A DNA stretch of 64,000 bases from Candidatus Aenigmatarchaeota archaeon (GTDB lineage Archaea > Aenigmatarchaeota > Aenigmatarchaeia > PWEA01 > JACQIF01): the NCBI GenBank assembly GCA_016432325.1, contig CP066684.1, positions 608,001 through 672,000 of the forward strand, given 5' to 3'. Below are positions 29,658 through 40,264 of the stretch, piece by piece. Within the stretch, counting starts at the first letter, position 1. The number at the start of each line of letters is the position of its first letter. The notes under the pieces were generated by a model. It made no database searches. It was not told the origin of the DNA and worked only from the letters and a program-made list of their open reading frames with translations. Both the position numbers and the translations under genes were made by a program.

Positions 29658-30340
29658 GGACAAGTTCCTAGTGAAATCCTGCGTTAAACGCGGGGCGTGC
29701 TGGGAAGACTGTCCGGCTTGGGACCGGGAGACGTTAGCAGTACTCCAGGGGTAAGGGTAAAATCTTATCATCCTTGGAGGACTACCTGTGGCGAAGGCGG
29801 CTAACGAGAACGGCTCCGACGGTGAGGGACGAAAGCGTGGGGAGCAAATGGGATTAGATACCCCAGTAGTCCACGCTGTAAACGATGCCCCCTTGATGTC
29901 GCGTCTTCTTCGGGAAGACGCGGTGTCGTAGAGTAGTTGTTAAGGGGGCCGCCTGGGGAGTACGGCCGCAAGGTTGAAACTCAGCAGAACGTTCGTTCTG
30001 AACGTTCGTTGCGAGCAACGAACTTAAGGGAATTGGCGGGGGAGCACTTCAAGGGGTGGAGGCTGCGGTTCAATTGGATTCAACGCCAGACATTTTACCA
30101 GGGGTGACAGCAGGATGAAGGTCAGTCTGAAGGGCTTACCTGACGCGCTGAGAGGAGTTGCATGGCCATCGTCAGCTCGTACCGTGAGGCGTGCGCTTAA
30201 GTGCGTTAACGAGCGAGACCCACGCCCTCTGTTGCTATCTTGTCCTCCGGGATGAGAGCACTCTGAGGGGACCGCCGGCGATAAGTCGGAGGAAGGAGTG
30301 GGCGACGGTAGGTCCGTATGGCCCGAATCTCCTGGGCTAC

Positions 30341-30862
30341 ACCGAGTCCAGGCTAGCGAGGAAGAGCAAATGTTTTGGAACGAAAGTTTCAGGATACGTT
30401 GAACCGTTTTTGATTGTGCTAACGGCATGCTACTTACGAAAGTAATAGTATATCCGTCACGCACAAACCTTTACATGAACCCTGATTTAGCATATCTGAT
30501 AGGTCTCATCGGAGGCGACGGTTCGCTGACTTACAAGAAAGGAAGCGAATACCGTGTCTCAGTCGTTGACGAGTGCTTGGAATTTCATGAGCACGTCGTC
30601 AAACCTACAATGGATGCGACTTTCAACAAAGCCGCGTACGAATATCCGCGCGTCGCTCTGCAGGTTGCAAACAGTGGTATCAGAAACGAATTGGTCGAAC
30701 TTCTGAAGAGGTTTGGCATCGCACCGAGCGTTTGGAAGTACAAGCAAATGTTCGGTTTGCAAATAATCGGTTTCGATAAGGTTAGGCTGTATTCAGAGAA
30801 TGTCGGTTTTCGGCATCCCTCGAAACAGAAACGGTTGCTCGAGCTGCTTGGCTTGGGGCCTA
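30341..30862 (+). mobile_element. BHB intron (522 nt) in 16S rRNA carrying a LAGLIDADG homing endonuclease ORF
   Basis: GGCT/GGCC central helix with two 3-nt bulges; removal restores GGGCTACACGCGG. Confidence 0.9.
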
Positions 30863-30945
30863 ACGCGGCCTACAATGACCCGGACAAAGAGTTGCCACGC
30901 CGAAAGGCGGAGCCAATCTCTAAACCGGGCCTTAGTTCGGATTGA
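30427..30945 (+). CDS. Intron-encoded LAGLIDADG endonuclease, probably degenerate; no stop codon within the linear intron
   Basis: LAYLIGLIGGDGSL motif; the genomic ORF runs on into the 16S exon. Confidence 0.8.
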   Translation: MLLTKVIVYPSRTNLYMNPDLAYLIGLIGGDGSLTYKKGSEYRVSVVDECLEFHEHVVKPTMDATFNKAAYEYPRVALQVANSGIRNELVELLKRFGIAPSVWKYKQMFGLQIIGFDKVRLYSENVGFRHPSKQKRLLELLGLGPNAAYNDPDKELPRRKAEPISKPGLSSD

Positions 30946-31142
30946 GGGTTGAAACTCACCCTCATGAAGCCGGAATCCCTAGTAAGCGGGTGTCACTATC
31001 ACTCGCTGAATACGACCCTGCTCCTTGCACACACCGCCCGTCAAGCCATGCGAGTGTTCCCTTGATGAGGCTTGGGTTATTGCCCAGGACGAATCGAGGG
31101 GACGCGAGCGGGGCTAATCTCAAGGAGTTCATCTCAGAACAA

Positions 31143-31199
31143 GATGATTAAACTGGCTTGACTCTGACAAAATATGAGGAGTCTTGGAGGTGGAATGAT
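31143..31199 (+). ncRNA. Putative C/D-box guide sRNA inside the fourth 16S intron
   Basis: ATGATTA-guide-CTGA-ATGAGGA-guide-ATGA layout; TGGCTTGAC is complementary to 16S 31040-31048. Confidence 0.55.
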
Positions 31200-31369
31200 T
31201 GCTTGAGAGCTCCTGGGAGCCTAGAGTCGTAACAAGGTAGCCCTACGGGAACGTGGGGCTGGATCACCTCCTATATCTTTTCTCTGTCGTTACAGACGGA
31301 GATTGGATTATAACCGGTGTACAAGCGCCAACAATTCGCATACTGCCAGTCGAGTAGTTTTTTATCGAA

Positions 31370-31960
31370 TTAGCGCGAGCTATGCCGCGATTGTTTATTG
31401 CGTTTGAATGTCTTGCGTTTTTCGTCAAGCAGATTGTAAAATTCGACGAGCGTCTTGTTCCTGATTTCGCCTGTCCTGATTTTCTCGCTTACGCCGTCCC
31501 AGAACGGTTGCAGGTCCATCGAATGCTCCCTTTCATACTCGAATGCCTGCAAAACCATCTCAAGCTTATCCAGTTCATAAACGAGCTGCGCCTCCTTTGT
31601 TTGGCGCGTCTCGTACTCGTCCCAGAGTTCCAGAAACTCCTTCCGATTGGCAAAAAGACCGGACAGCTCCTTCATCGCCGCCGTCTCCATGGCGGGTTTG
31701 GTGGCATAGTCCGCGCGACCGACAGGAATATCGCCTATTACCGACTCTCCGAGGTCGTGTATCAATGCCATCTTGACCATTCTGTTCCTGTCCGCACCGA
31801 GTTCGTCTGCCAGAGCGAATGCCATCAGAGCGACGCGGAACGAATGCTCGGCGACAGATTCGGGATGCGGTACGTTGTGCAAAACCCAGCCGGTTCTTCG
31901 TATCTTCTTCAGCTCTCCCGACCTCAACAGCAGCTTCAGTGCCTTCTCAAGCTCGACCAT
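31370..31960 (-). CDS. HD-domain phosphohydrolase (YfbR/HDDC2-like)
   Basis: LKKIRRTGW, ESVAEHS, IHDLGE and LDKLE motifs. Confidence 0.92.
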   Translation of the reverse strand: MVELEKALKLLLRSGELKKIRRTGWVLHNVPHPESVAEHSFRVALMAFALADELGADRNRMVKMALIHDLGESVIGDIPVGRADYATKPAMETAAMKELSGLFANRKEFLELWDEYETRQTKEAQLVYELDKLEMVLQAFEYEREHSMDLQPFWDGVSEKIRTGEIRNKTLVEFYNLLDEKRKTFKRNKQSRHSSR

Positions 31961-32009
31961 GAGCCTGTTTGGCGTTCTGTTTAAATAACTTCGCATCGTC
32001 CGCTTCCCT

Positions 32010-32891
32010 ATGAGAGCCAACCTTCACGTGCATACGACGATATCCGACGGCAAGAACGGTCCCGAAGAAGTCGTACGCATAGCCAAGGCAGGCAATGTGG
32101 ATGTTATCGCCATAACCGACCACGATGCGACAGAAGGAATCGGCCGCGCCGTCAACGCGGGGCACAATCTTGGGATCTACGTCATTCCTGGCATAGAGGT
32201 CAGCGCCAGCCATCTAGGGGAGAGCGTCCACATTCTGGGCTACTTCGTCGACACCGAAGCCGGCGGCTTCACGGATTTCATAGAGTCGCAACGCAGAAAC
32301 AGGAACGAAGTCCTTGCAAACAGAATAGCAAAGGTCAACGGACATCTCGGAACGGATCTGACTCTGGAGGGCGTGGCAGGCGATTCGCTGACGCCAACGA
32401 AGGCGCATCTTGGCGACGCGATTGTCGCAAGGGGCTTTGCCACGGACGTGAGGGACGCAATAGAGAAGTACCTGTCTAAAGGCACGCCGTGCTACGTCCA
32501 GAGCGAGCGGGACCCGGCGCCTCAGGAAGCGGTGCGCATCATTCATGATGCCGGAGGGCTGGCCGTCTGGGCCCATCCTCTATATCCGTCAAAGATAAAG
32601 GAGTTCGATCACGCAGAGCTGTTCGCGGAGCTGATAGACGCGGGCCTCGATGGGGTGGAACGCCATTTCGACTACGAAGACAAGACGCCTGAGATACCGC
32701 AGGCGCTGCTCAAGACTTTTGAAGAACTTGCTTCCCAGAATGGCCTGCTCTCGACAGGCGGCAGCGATTACCACGGCTACTGGAAGCGTGCCAAGATAGA
32801 TCAGACAGTCGTCGGGGACGATGTTGTGAACGCCCTTCTCGGCAGGAAGAGAAAGTCGGACATGCGTTGTTTAAATAATCCGCCGGCTTAA
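32010..32891 (+). CDS. PHP-domain phosphoesterase (TrpH/YciV-like)
   Basis: LHVHTTISDG, AITDHD, HILGY, AHP and GGSDYHG motifs. Confidence 0.92.
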   Translation: MRANLHVHTTISDGKNGPEEVVRIAKAGNVDVIAITDHDATEGIGRAVNAGHNLGIYVIPGIEVSASHLGESVHILGYFVDTEAGGFTDFIESQRRNRNEVLANRIAKVNGHLGTDLTLEGVAGDSLTPTKAHLGDAIVARGFATDVRDAIEKYLSKGTPCYVQSERDPAPQEAVRIIHDAGGLAVWAHPLYPSKIKEFDHAELFAELIDAGLDGVERHFDYEDKTPEIPQALLKTFEELASQNGLLSTGGSDYHGYWKRAKIDQTVVGDDVVNALLGRKRKSDMRCLNNPPA

Positions 32892-32901
32892 TCGCGAACA
32901 G

Positions 32902-33118
32902 GGGCCGGTGGTCTAGTGGAAGCGCCTTTTTGCCGCGGCAAAAACCCGCGGGAAATCCGCTGACGCCACAATGACGTCTGCTTTGCATTCGCGAAACTTC
33001 GAAATGAAGTTTCGTACGCACAAAACAGCAGAAGGCCGTGGGTTCAAAGGCAAACGCCTGCGTTTGCATTCCGGGTTCGCCTGTGAATTCAACGCCGAAA
33101 TTCCCACCCGGTCCACCA
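32902..33118 (+). tRNA. tRNA-Ala(TGC) with 3 introns: ~32922-32971, ~32988-33026 (37/38), ~33049-33101
   Basis: GGGCCGG/CCGGTCC acceptor stem with G3:U70, TCTGC-TTTGCA..A-GCAGA, CCA. Confidence 0.92.
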
Positions 33119-33130
33119 ATATTTTAAAAC

Positions 33131-33207
33131 GTGGACCTTCGAATGAAATTCGAAAACTTCGAACCGCCGTTCGAAGACCTTTGAAACCGCAGTTTCGTTG
33201 GGTCCAC
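33131..33207. repeat. Multi-hairpin palindromic element
   Basis: GTGGACC/GGTCCAC outer stem enclosing TTCGAA-type hairpins. Confidence 0.75.
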
Positions 33208-33244
33208 CACCATTGTTATATAATCTGTTCGGTAAAGTGATATC

Positions 33245-33685
33245 ATGAACGCAGGAAATGACGTGTTCCCACGCGGCGTCGAAATCGTGAGCGGCGCGAT
33301 AATAAGGAGGGATGGAAAGATTCTGCTGACGAAATCTCCAAAATGGCATAACAAGTGGGTGCTTCCCGGCGGACATATAGAGGCTGGCGAACGCATTCTC
33401 GAAGCCGCCATGCGTGAAGGAGAGGAGGAAACGGGACTGAAGTTGAAGCCCGTGACTATCTTGCTGTTCGGCGAGCTCATTAATTCCAAGGATTTTCACC
33501 GTCCGGCCCACTTCATCTTTTTCGACGGTATCTTCGACGTCATCGGCGGCGAATTGAAACTACAGCAGAATGAGCTGACAGAATCCAAATGGCTCACGCC
33601 TGAGGAAGCGCTGAAGCTGGATCTGGCCGATGGCTACCCAGAGACGTTACAAAGATACATTGGGTTCCTGAAATCCAAGGTCTAG
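33245..33685 (+). CDS. NUDIX hydrolase
   Basis: PGGHIEAGE...AAMREGEEETG Nudix box. Confidence 0.92.
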   Translation: MNAGNDVFPRGVEIVSGAIIRRDGKILLTKSPKWHNKWVLPGGHIEAGERILEAAMREGEEETGLKLKPVTILLFGELINSKDFHRPAHFIFFDGIFDVIGGELKLQQNELTESKWLTPEEALKLDLADGYPETLQRYIGFLKSKV

Positions 33686-33688
33686 AAC

Positions 33689-34168
33689 TCACAAAGGCCG
33701 TCGCGCAGGGCGCGGCGGCGCGCTTTCCAGAGGCCGCTTCTCCATTATTTCACGGAGCTGTCCCGAAGATTCTTCGCCTATTCGAACGGTGACCTTAAGC
33801 CTCGGGTCGTTTGGGAACATTTCAGACAGGCTGAGCTCTTTCTCGAAGGCCTTGCCTTTCTCAAATTTGTCGCGGCCGACGACGAAGTACATCGCGCCGA
33901 CAGTTATTTTTGGCGTAGGCGGCGCGAAGCTGTGGCCTACATCCTGCGTGACTTCGTAGCCCACGACGTCGTCGTTCCACGAAATAACCTCAGCGAACGG
34001 CCTTCTTACGGACCCGTTTTCCTTCAATCCAAAAATTTCGTCGTGCGACCTGAACAGGCCGCCTGTAACATAGCCGAAGTTGTTCTCGAGTCTCTCGAAC
34101 ATTCCGACGTATTCCGTGTAGGGCTTGAATTTTGCTATTTCGATTTCGTGGACTTTCTTGCCTTTCAT
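33689..34168 (-). CDS. Hypothetical protein, tandem paralog of 34173-34616
   Basis: Shares YVGMF..LENNFG.VT.GL and EVISWN.DV.GYEVTQ..GHS..PPTPK.TVG with its neighbour. Confidence 0.8.
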   Translation of the reverse strand: MKGKKVHEIEIAKFKPYTEYVGMFERLENNFGYVTGGLFRSHDEIFGLKENGSVRRPFAEVISWNDDVVGYEVTQDVGHSFAPPTPKITVGAMYFVVGRDKFEKGKAFEKELSLSEMFPNDPRLKVTVRIGEESSGQLREIMEKRPLESAPPRPARRPL

Positions 34169-34172
34169 AACA

Positions 34173-34616
34173 TCACGTCAGTTTTGGCCTCATGCTCTCA
34201 ACGATCGCCAGAAGACGTCGCTTTTCCTTTTCGTCCATTCGAACCGTGACCGCGAGGTCCGGGTGCTTTATTTCCGCCGAGATATACAGTTCCTTCTCTA
34301 TGGGACCCGCTCTCTCCAGTTGCTCCACACCGACGACGAAGTAGACGTTGCCCACCGTCCTTTTCGGAGTAGGCGGAAACGGGCTGTGGCCTGTCTGCTG
34401 CGTGACCTCATAACCGATGACATCTTTGTTCCACGAGATTACCTCCGTGATGGGCTCACGGATGAAGCTGTCTCCTCTGATATCGAAGAGCCTTCTATGA
34501 GTTCTCAGCAGGCCGCTGGTCACGCGACCGAAATTGTTCTCAAGGGCGTTGAACATGCCGACGTACCCGCCGTAAGGCTCGAACTTCCCTATCTCTATTT
34601 TGTGGATCTCTTTCAT
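34173..34616 (-). CDS. Hypothetical protein, tandem paralog of 33689-34168
   Basis: Same shared blocks. Confidence 0.8.
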   Translation of the reverse strand: MKEIHKIEIGKFEPYGGYVGMFNALENNFGRVTSGLLRTHRRLFDIRGDSFIREPITEVISWNKDVIGYEVTQQTGHSPFPPTPKRTVGNVYFVVGVEQLERAGPIEKELYISAEIKHPDLAVTVRMDEKEKRRLLAIVESMRPKLT

Positions 34617-34620
34617 CGCA

Positions 34621-35019
34621 TCAACACGCGTTGGGTGGCTTGACTTCGTGCTCGTATTGTTCTATCACGGTCCTGTGCATCTCGCGGGCTTGGCCGTTGA
34701 CGAATATCCTGTCCGCGGCGGGATCCAATTCCAGGTCCTCGAAGCATCTGTCTATCATGCCGCCGGAGAACATGTACGTTCCCACTCTTTCCGGATTCCC
34801 GGGGAGTTGGCCTTTTCCCACGGTCGGGCCTGCGTAGTAGAATATCACGCCTCTGGGCGGCAGCGGGTTGCCTCTCTCGTCCATAGGCTGGGGGTCCATG
34901 AGCCTGCCGTCTCCGTCTCTACGGGGAATCTCAATCAGAACCAAATCATTCTTTCTAATCGTGCCGTCGTCAGCGACAGCCAATTCATTCGCTCGTATCT
35001 CATGCGCTTCCGTTGCCAA
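34621..35019 (-). CDS. Hypothetical protein
   Basis: 132-aa ORF in an apparent operon with the paralog pair. Confidence 0.6.
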   Translation of the reverse strand: MATEAHEIRANELAVADDGTIRKNDLVLIEIPRRDGDGRLMDPQPMDERGNPLPPRGVIFYYAGPTVGKGQLPGNPERVGTYMFSGGMIDRCFEDLELDPAADRIFVNGQAREMHRTVIEQYEHEVKPPNAC

Positions 35020-35086
35020 GAAACCCGCTTCTAGTTTGCACGAAGATGGATAAATAGATTTGCCGTGACGCCGCGGCGAAAATCGC

Positions 35087-35099
35087 GCTTAAATACCTT
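35087..35099 (+). promoter_or_regulatory. TATA box of the 23S rRNA transcription unit
   Basis: GCTTAAATACCTT, identical to the 16S promoter element. Confidence 0.75.
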
Positions 35100-35794
35100 T
35101 GCAAACCAAGAATTGGAAGCATAATAGGGTCTTGTCTGCGGAAGAGTCGTCCCGACTCGCCCAACCGCAAACATATCAGAGTACCCGGCTGAAGTGACTG
35201 TTCGGTCGCGGTGTGTTGAAAAGGACAAGATGTGTTTTCTAGACCCTGATGGTTTCGGGAAGAGAGTTAGCAAGATAGAGAAAGTTAGCTATGCCGTTTG
35301 AATATGCAAAACGCTTCTGTGAGAAGCGCGCATCTAAAACGGCCCAATAACAAGTTCGGATCCCGACCACAAGTCGGGGTTTTAGGCTGAAAAGACAGCG
35401 ATGATCGCAAAATCGTAAGTATGTTACTTACGGGGTCTGAGAGTTGTCGGGAACATAGGCGACAGTGAGTATGTGAATACCCAAAGACCGTGCCTTCTTC
35501 CGCCATCAAGGTGGAAGACTAACCGATTGTGGAATCGTTGGAAAGCGCGGGATGATTGTTTAGGAAATGATACGAGTCGCAAAACTGCTTCGCAGCAGTC
35601 TGGCTGATACCTCTGCCAGTTGCGTGGAACGCGCGATGTTCCGCTTGAAGTTCCTCATTATTCGTAAAGATGACGCCGTGCAAAGGTCCCATATTGAAAC
35701 ACAGGTTTCAAGATTTTCTGGTAAACAGAAAACTTGAGACAAGGTTTCAAGAAAAACACTTGAACAAATCAAGGTTCGATAGACCATGTTCGTA

Positions 35795-38700
35795 AAGCTA
35801 CGCCGGCTGGTGGATGGCTTGGCTTGGGAGCTTAAGAAGGTCGTGGCAAGCAGCGATATGCTCGGGGTAGGCGCAAGTAGCCTTTGAACCCGAGATTGCC
35901 TAATGCGACTTCGCTTCCTCTTCGGAGGAAGGTCCGTAAGGACAGGGAACCCGCTGAATTGAAGCGTCTTAGTAAGCGGAGGAAGAGATACGAGAGTATG
36001 CCGTCAATAGGGGCGACCGAACGCGGCACAGGGCGATCCGAATCGCTCCAGAAATGGAAGCGAGATGTGGCGCGCACGCATTTCTTAACCGCGCGAGCGG
36101 AAGTGGACTGGAACGTCCCGCGACAAAGGGTGATAGCCCCGTACGCGAACCGCGGAAGAAAATTGTGCGCAGAGAGTACGGCTCCCCGGATACGGAGTCG
36201 GAAGACGGCGCGAACCAAGCGCCAACCCTAAACACTACCCAAGTCCGATAGTGAATTAGTATAGTGATAGAACGCTGAAAAACAGGGGTAACACCCGGTG
36301 AAAAGAATCTGAAGCCAGTCGGTTATAGTCAGCTCGGGGCCCGCAAGCCGCAAGGCGGGGTCCCGGCGTCCGTTTCGAAGAACGGGGTAGGGAGTTCATT
36401 TCAGTGGCGAGGCTAAGTCTCTTGCGAGACGGAGCCGAAGCGAAAGCGACTAGCGCGCAGGCAACGAGGCGCGCCGTGCGAAAGCGCGGGGAGTCACTGG
36501 GATGAGACCAGAAGGGCGTTGATCTATTCCTGGGCAGGGTGAAGTCGAGCGAAAGCTCGACGGAGGCCCGCCTCCGGTGTTGTGCTACGCATTCGGGCGA
36601 CCTGGGAATAGGGGTGAAAAGCCAATCGAAACGCCAGATAGCTGGTTCCTCTCGAAATGAGTTATAGCTCAGCCTCGGCGGAGACGTCATGCGGGGTAGA
36701 GTTACTGATTGAGGAGCAAAGGCGGGAAACTGCCAGCTCCGCTGTCAAACTCCGAATCCGTGTGAGTCGTAGAAGCCGGGAGTGAGTGCACGTGGATTAA
36801 GTTCGGTGCACGAAAGGGAGACAACCCAGACTGTGGTTAAGGTCCCTAAATATCTGCTAAGTCGGGAAGGTGGTCTCCAACCCAAAACAGCGGGGAGGTA
36901 GGCTTAGAAGCAGCCACCCTTTAAAAAGTTCGTAACAGATTACCCGTCTAGGTTGGGGGCGCTGAAAATGGACGGGGGTAAGCAGATTACCGATACCACA
37001 GACTACGTCTCAAGACGTTAGGTGTAGAGAGGCATGCCGCGGGGACAGAAGCGGGGGCGAAAGCTCCTGTGGACCCTGCGGTAAGGAAAATCCTACTGGT
37101 AGTAGCAGCGAACGTGGGTGAGAATCCCACGCGCCTTAAGGGCCAGGGTTCCTCGGCTCTGTAGATCAACCGAGGGTAAGCCGATCCTAACGCGTACCTT
37201 AACCGAGTACGCGGAAAGGGAAGCCGGTTAATATTCCGGCGCCACTGGCGGTTCATGTCGTTCAGGAAGCCTCAGGGTATGCCGAGTATGGCTGTCGCCT
37301 TATCGGATGTGCGAAACTGATGGAGTTTCGTAAGGAAGAGAAGTTGGCGAATCGCATTCGGCCGCTCGTACGAGCGGTTCGGCAAACCCCCGGGGCCGGT
37401 GAAAGCATATGAAAATCGCCGCGATTTTCTATTATCCGGCGCATATGCCACCAGAGACTGGACGATTATACCGCCGTGTCCGTACCCAAAACCGATACAG
37501 GTGCCCCTCGATGAATAGTCGAAGGCGTTGGGACAATCCAGGTCAGGGAAATCGGCAATTTAGCCCCGTACGTTCGCTATAAGGGGTGCCTGCCCTCGTG
37601 TGCTTGCATGCGAGGGCAGGTCGCAGTGACAAGGAGGAACCGACTGTTTAACAAAAACGTAGCCGGCTGCTAGATCGAAAGGTTGTGAATAGCCGGTGAG
37701 GCCTGCCCAGTGCCGGTGTGTCAAAGTTGGTTTCAACCGACCTAAGCCCCGGTAAACGGCGGCGATAACGAACAAAAGCCGAGCTTTTGAAATTTCGGCG
37801 ACGTTCGTCGCCAAAACTCTGATCGTCTTAAGGTAGCGTAAACATTGGCTCATCTAGTAACTCTGACTAGAGAGCAAGTTTGCTACTTTAAGAGTCTTCG
37901 TGCAGAAGACGGTTAGACGCTGTTTATTGGGAGACATATCGCACGGGCAACTCTTCGCACTCTGACAAAAGTGCGACCTTCAAGGGCAGTTTACAGGGAA
38001 TGAGCCAATGGCGCAATCCCTTGTCGATTGAATGTCGACCTGCATGAAGGGCTTAACGAGTTCCCCACTGTCCCGACCTGGAGGCCAGCGAACCTGCCAT
38101 TCAAGTGAATAAGCTTGAGACCCCTGAAGGGAAGAGGAGACCCCGTAGAGCTTTACTGCAGCCTGATGCTGCTGTACGGTTTCTTTTACAGAGCGTAGGC
38201 GGGAGCCTTCGAAGCGTTTTCTCCGGAAGACGTGGAGGCGCCAATGGAACACCGCCTATTAGAGACCGTACGGCTTACGCGCTTGCGCGGACACCATCAG
38301 GTGGGCAGTTTGACTGGGGCGGTACGCTGTTGAAAAGGCATCAACAGCCCCCTAAGCTCAGCTCATCCGGGTCGGAAATCCGGAGTAGAGTGCAAGAGCA
38401 AAAGCTGGGTTGACTGGACCCCGAACAACGACGGGTCCAGAGGCGAAAGCCGGGTCTAGCGAAACTCTGTGTGCGCATTGGTAGCGCCCAGAGATATGAG
38501 AAAAGTTACCTCGGGGATAACCGGGTCGTAGTGGCCGAAAGCCCACATTGACGCCACGTGTTGCTACATCGCTGTCGGCTCATCTCCTCCTGGCTGTGCA
38601 GCAAGACTTTTAGGAGAAGAATCCTACTGGTTCTGCATGCAGCCAAGGGTGAGGGTGTTCACCTATTAAAGAGGTACGTTAGCTGGGTTCAGAACGTCGT

Positions 38701-38985
38701 GAGACAGTTTGGTCTATATCTTTCAGGGGTGTTTAGTGCCTGAGGGGAAGGAAGGATTAGTACGAAAGGAACATCCTTTCGACGCCACTGGTTTACCTGT
38801 TGTCCGACCGGGCATTGCAGGGCAGCTACGCGTCAATCGATAAGGGCTGAAAGCATCTAAGCTCGAAGCGATCCTCAAAAAGAGGCACACGGCTCTCTTA
38901 GAAGAAGAGTTTGATAGGCATGGGGTGTAAGCGCGAAGCCTCGGCGACGCGTTCAGCCCGCGTGTACTAATCGCCGGAATTATCT
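35795..38985 (+). rRNA. rrl: 23S rRNA (ends approximate) with 4 BHB introns: 37404-37454, 37767-37814, 37842-38016, 38604-38638
   Basis: GGTGGATGGCTTGG, TCTTAAGGTAGC, sarcin-ricin AGTACGAAAGGAAC and peptidyl-transferase motifs; every insert has a 4-bp helix with two 3-nt bulges. Confidence 0.97.
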
Positions 38986-39171
38986 TGAACATGGTTTATC
39001 ACAAACCTTGAGTTCAAACAGCGGTAGCTTCGGCTATCGTCAGAGTGTTTTCCTGAACATTGTTTCGGGTTTGCGGCATTCGCCGCAAAGGGACCTTTGC
39101 ACGGCATAATTATTTTCGTTTAACATCCGTTCAGCCCGGGCTATTTATTCCGGTTTCTCTAAAATCCATAT

Positions 39172-39678
39172 GTGAAGGGGGACACGGAGTACTGGGGACG
39201 CCTCGCGCATACACTCAAAAGCGAAGAGGCGCATATGAAAAGCCTGACAAGCCCGTGTGATACCGAGGCTCAGGAGCACTCTCTGCTGATTATGGGCGCG
39301 TCTCTGGCCGTCGGGCAGGCAACCACTGAATTCTACGCGCTTCTGGGGCGCGGGCATGGAAAGGTTCCAACGGTCTGCATATTCCCTGGCACATTTGAGT
39401 ACCACGGCGATGACGCAACGTACGAGTCCACCGACGACAGGCCCGGATTCAGGCTGAGGATAAAGAAAGGCGGTCTCGGACTCACGGAATTTGAAACAGG
39501 CGGCATGCTGAGGTGGGCGACAGACCTTCCGGACACGGATCACTGCATCCGGTTCCCGAAAGAGGAAGCGCAGGCGATGGTATCATACAGCGACCCCGAC
39601 ATACGCACGTGGGACAACGCGCTTCTGATGTGGGAAGTCGGCGAGCGTACTCTGGGAACCCCCGCGCGCAACACATGA
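39172..39678 (+). CDS. Hypothetical protein
   Basis: 168-aa ORF; start uncertain. Confidence 0.55.
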   Translation: MKGDTEYWGRLAHTLKSEEAHMKSLTSPCDTEAQEHSLLIMGASLAVGQATTEFYALLGRGHGKVPTVCIFPGTFEYHGDDATYESTDDRPGFRLRIKKGGLGLTEFETGGMLRWATDLPDTDHCIRFPKEEAQAMVSYSDPDIRTWDNALLMWEVGERTLGTPARNT

Positions 39679-39724
39679 ATTCGGCGTTCTCGACCGTTAA
39701 ATCCTTTCGTTCCCAACTATTCGC

Positions 39725-40261
39725 ATGCACCCGAAGTTCCCCGAAGAGGTCGCGTATCTCGGCGGTCTTCTGAGAAGCAGCAGGCTCGTCAAGAACGGCG
39801 AGGATTTTGAGATACACATGGAACACGAGCGCGAGTTTCTGGAAGCCGTTGATGCGGTCCTGAAGAACAAGGTGGGCGGCAAGTACAAAACCGAAGGAAA
39901 CAGGCTCGTAATCCACGGCGCGGACCTGTTTGACGTGCTCGTCACGTTCTTCGGTCATCCCGACGAGAACGGCCGCTGGGCCCTGACACAGGAGATACGC
40001 GACGGACGTCTCGAACACAGGCGTGCGTTTTTGCGCGGGCTCTTCGATTCGATGGGTTCCCTGGACAAGACGCTCGTGATGAAGTACGGCTGGCACAAGG
40101 ACGATTTGAAAGAAATCTCCGGCCTGCTCGCGGATTTCGATGTCAAGCACTCTGTGAAAGGGAACGAACTGCACGTCCGTGACCTGCGAACGTTCGCTTC
40201 GCGCATCGGAACTCTCAGGCCTTCTCACGAGAAGAGGCTGGCAGCTGTTCTCGCCGGATGA
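39725..40261 (+). CDS. Free-standing LAGLIDADG-domain protein
   Basis: EEVAYLGGLL and RRAFLRGLFDSMGS helices. Confidence 0.75.
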   Translation: MHPKFPEEVAYLGGLLRSSRLVKNGEDFEIHMEHEREFLEAVDAVLKNKVGGKYKTEGNRLVIHGADLFDVLVTFFGHPDENGRWALTQEIRDGRLEHRRAFLRGLFDSMGSLDKTLVMKYGWHKDDLKEISGLLADFDVKHSVKGNELHVRDLRTFASRIGTLRPSHEKRLAAVLAG

Positions 40262-40264
40262 TTC

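Noticed and set aside
38985-39170. 5S rRNA after the 23S gene
   Set aside because: No 5S consensus was recognised; the region is largely the 3' processing-stem arm.
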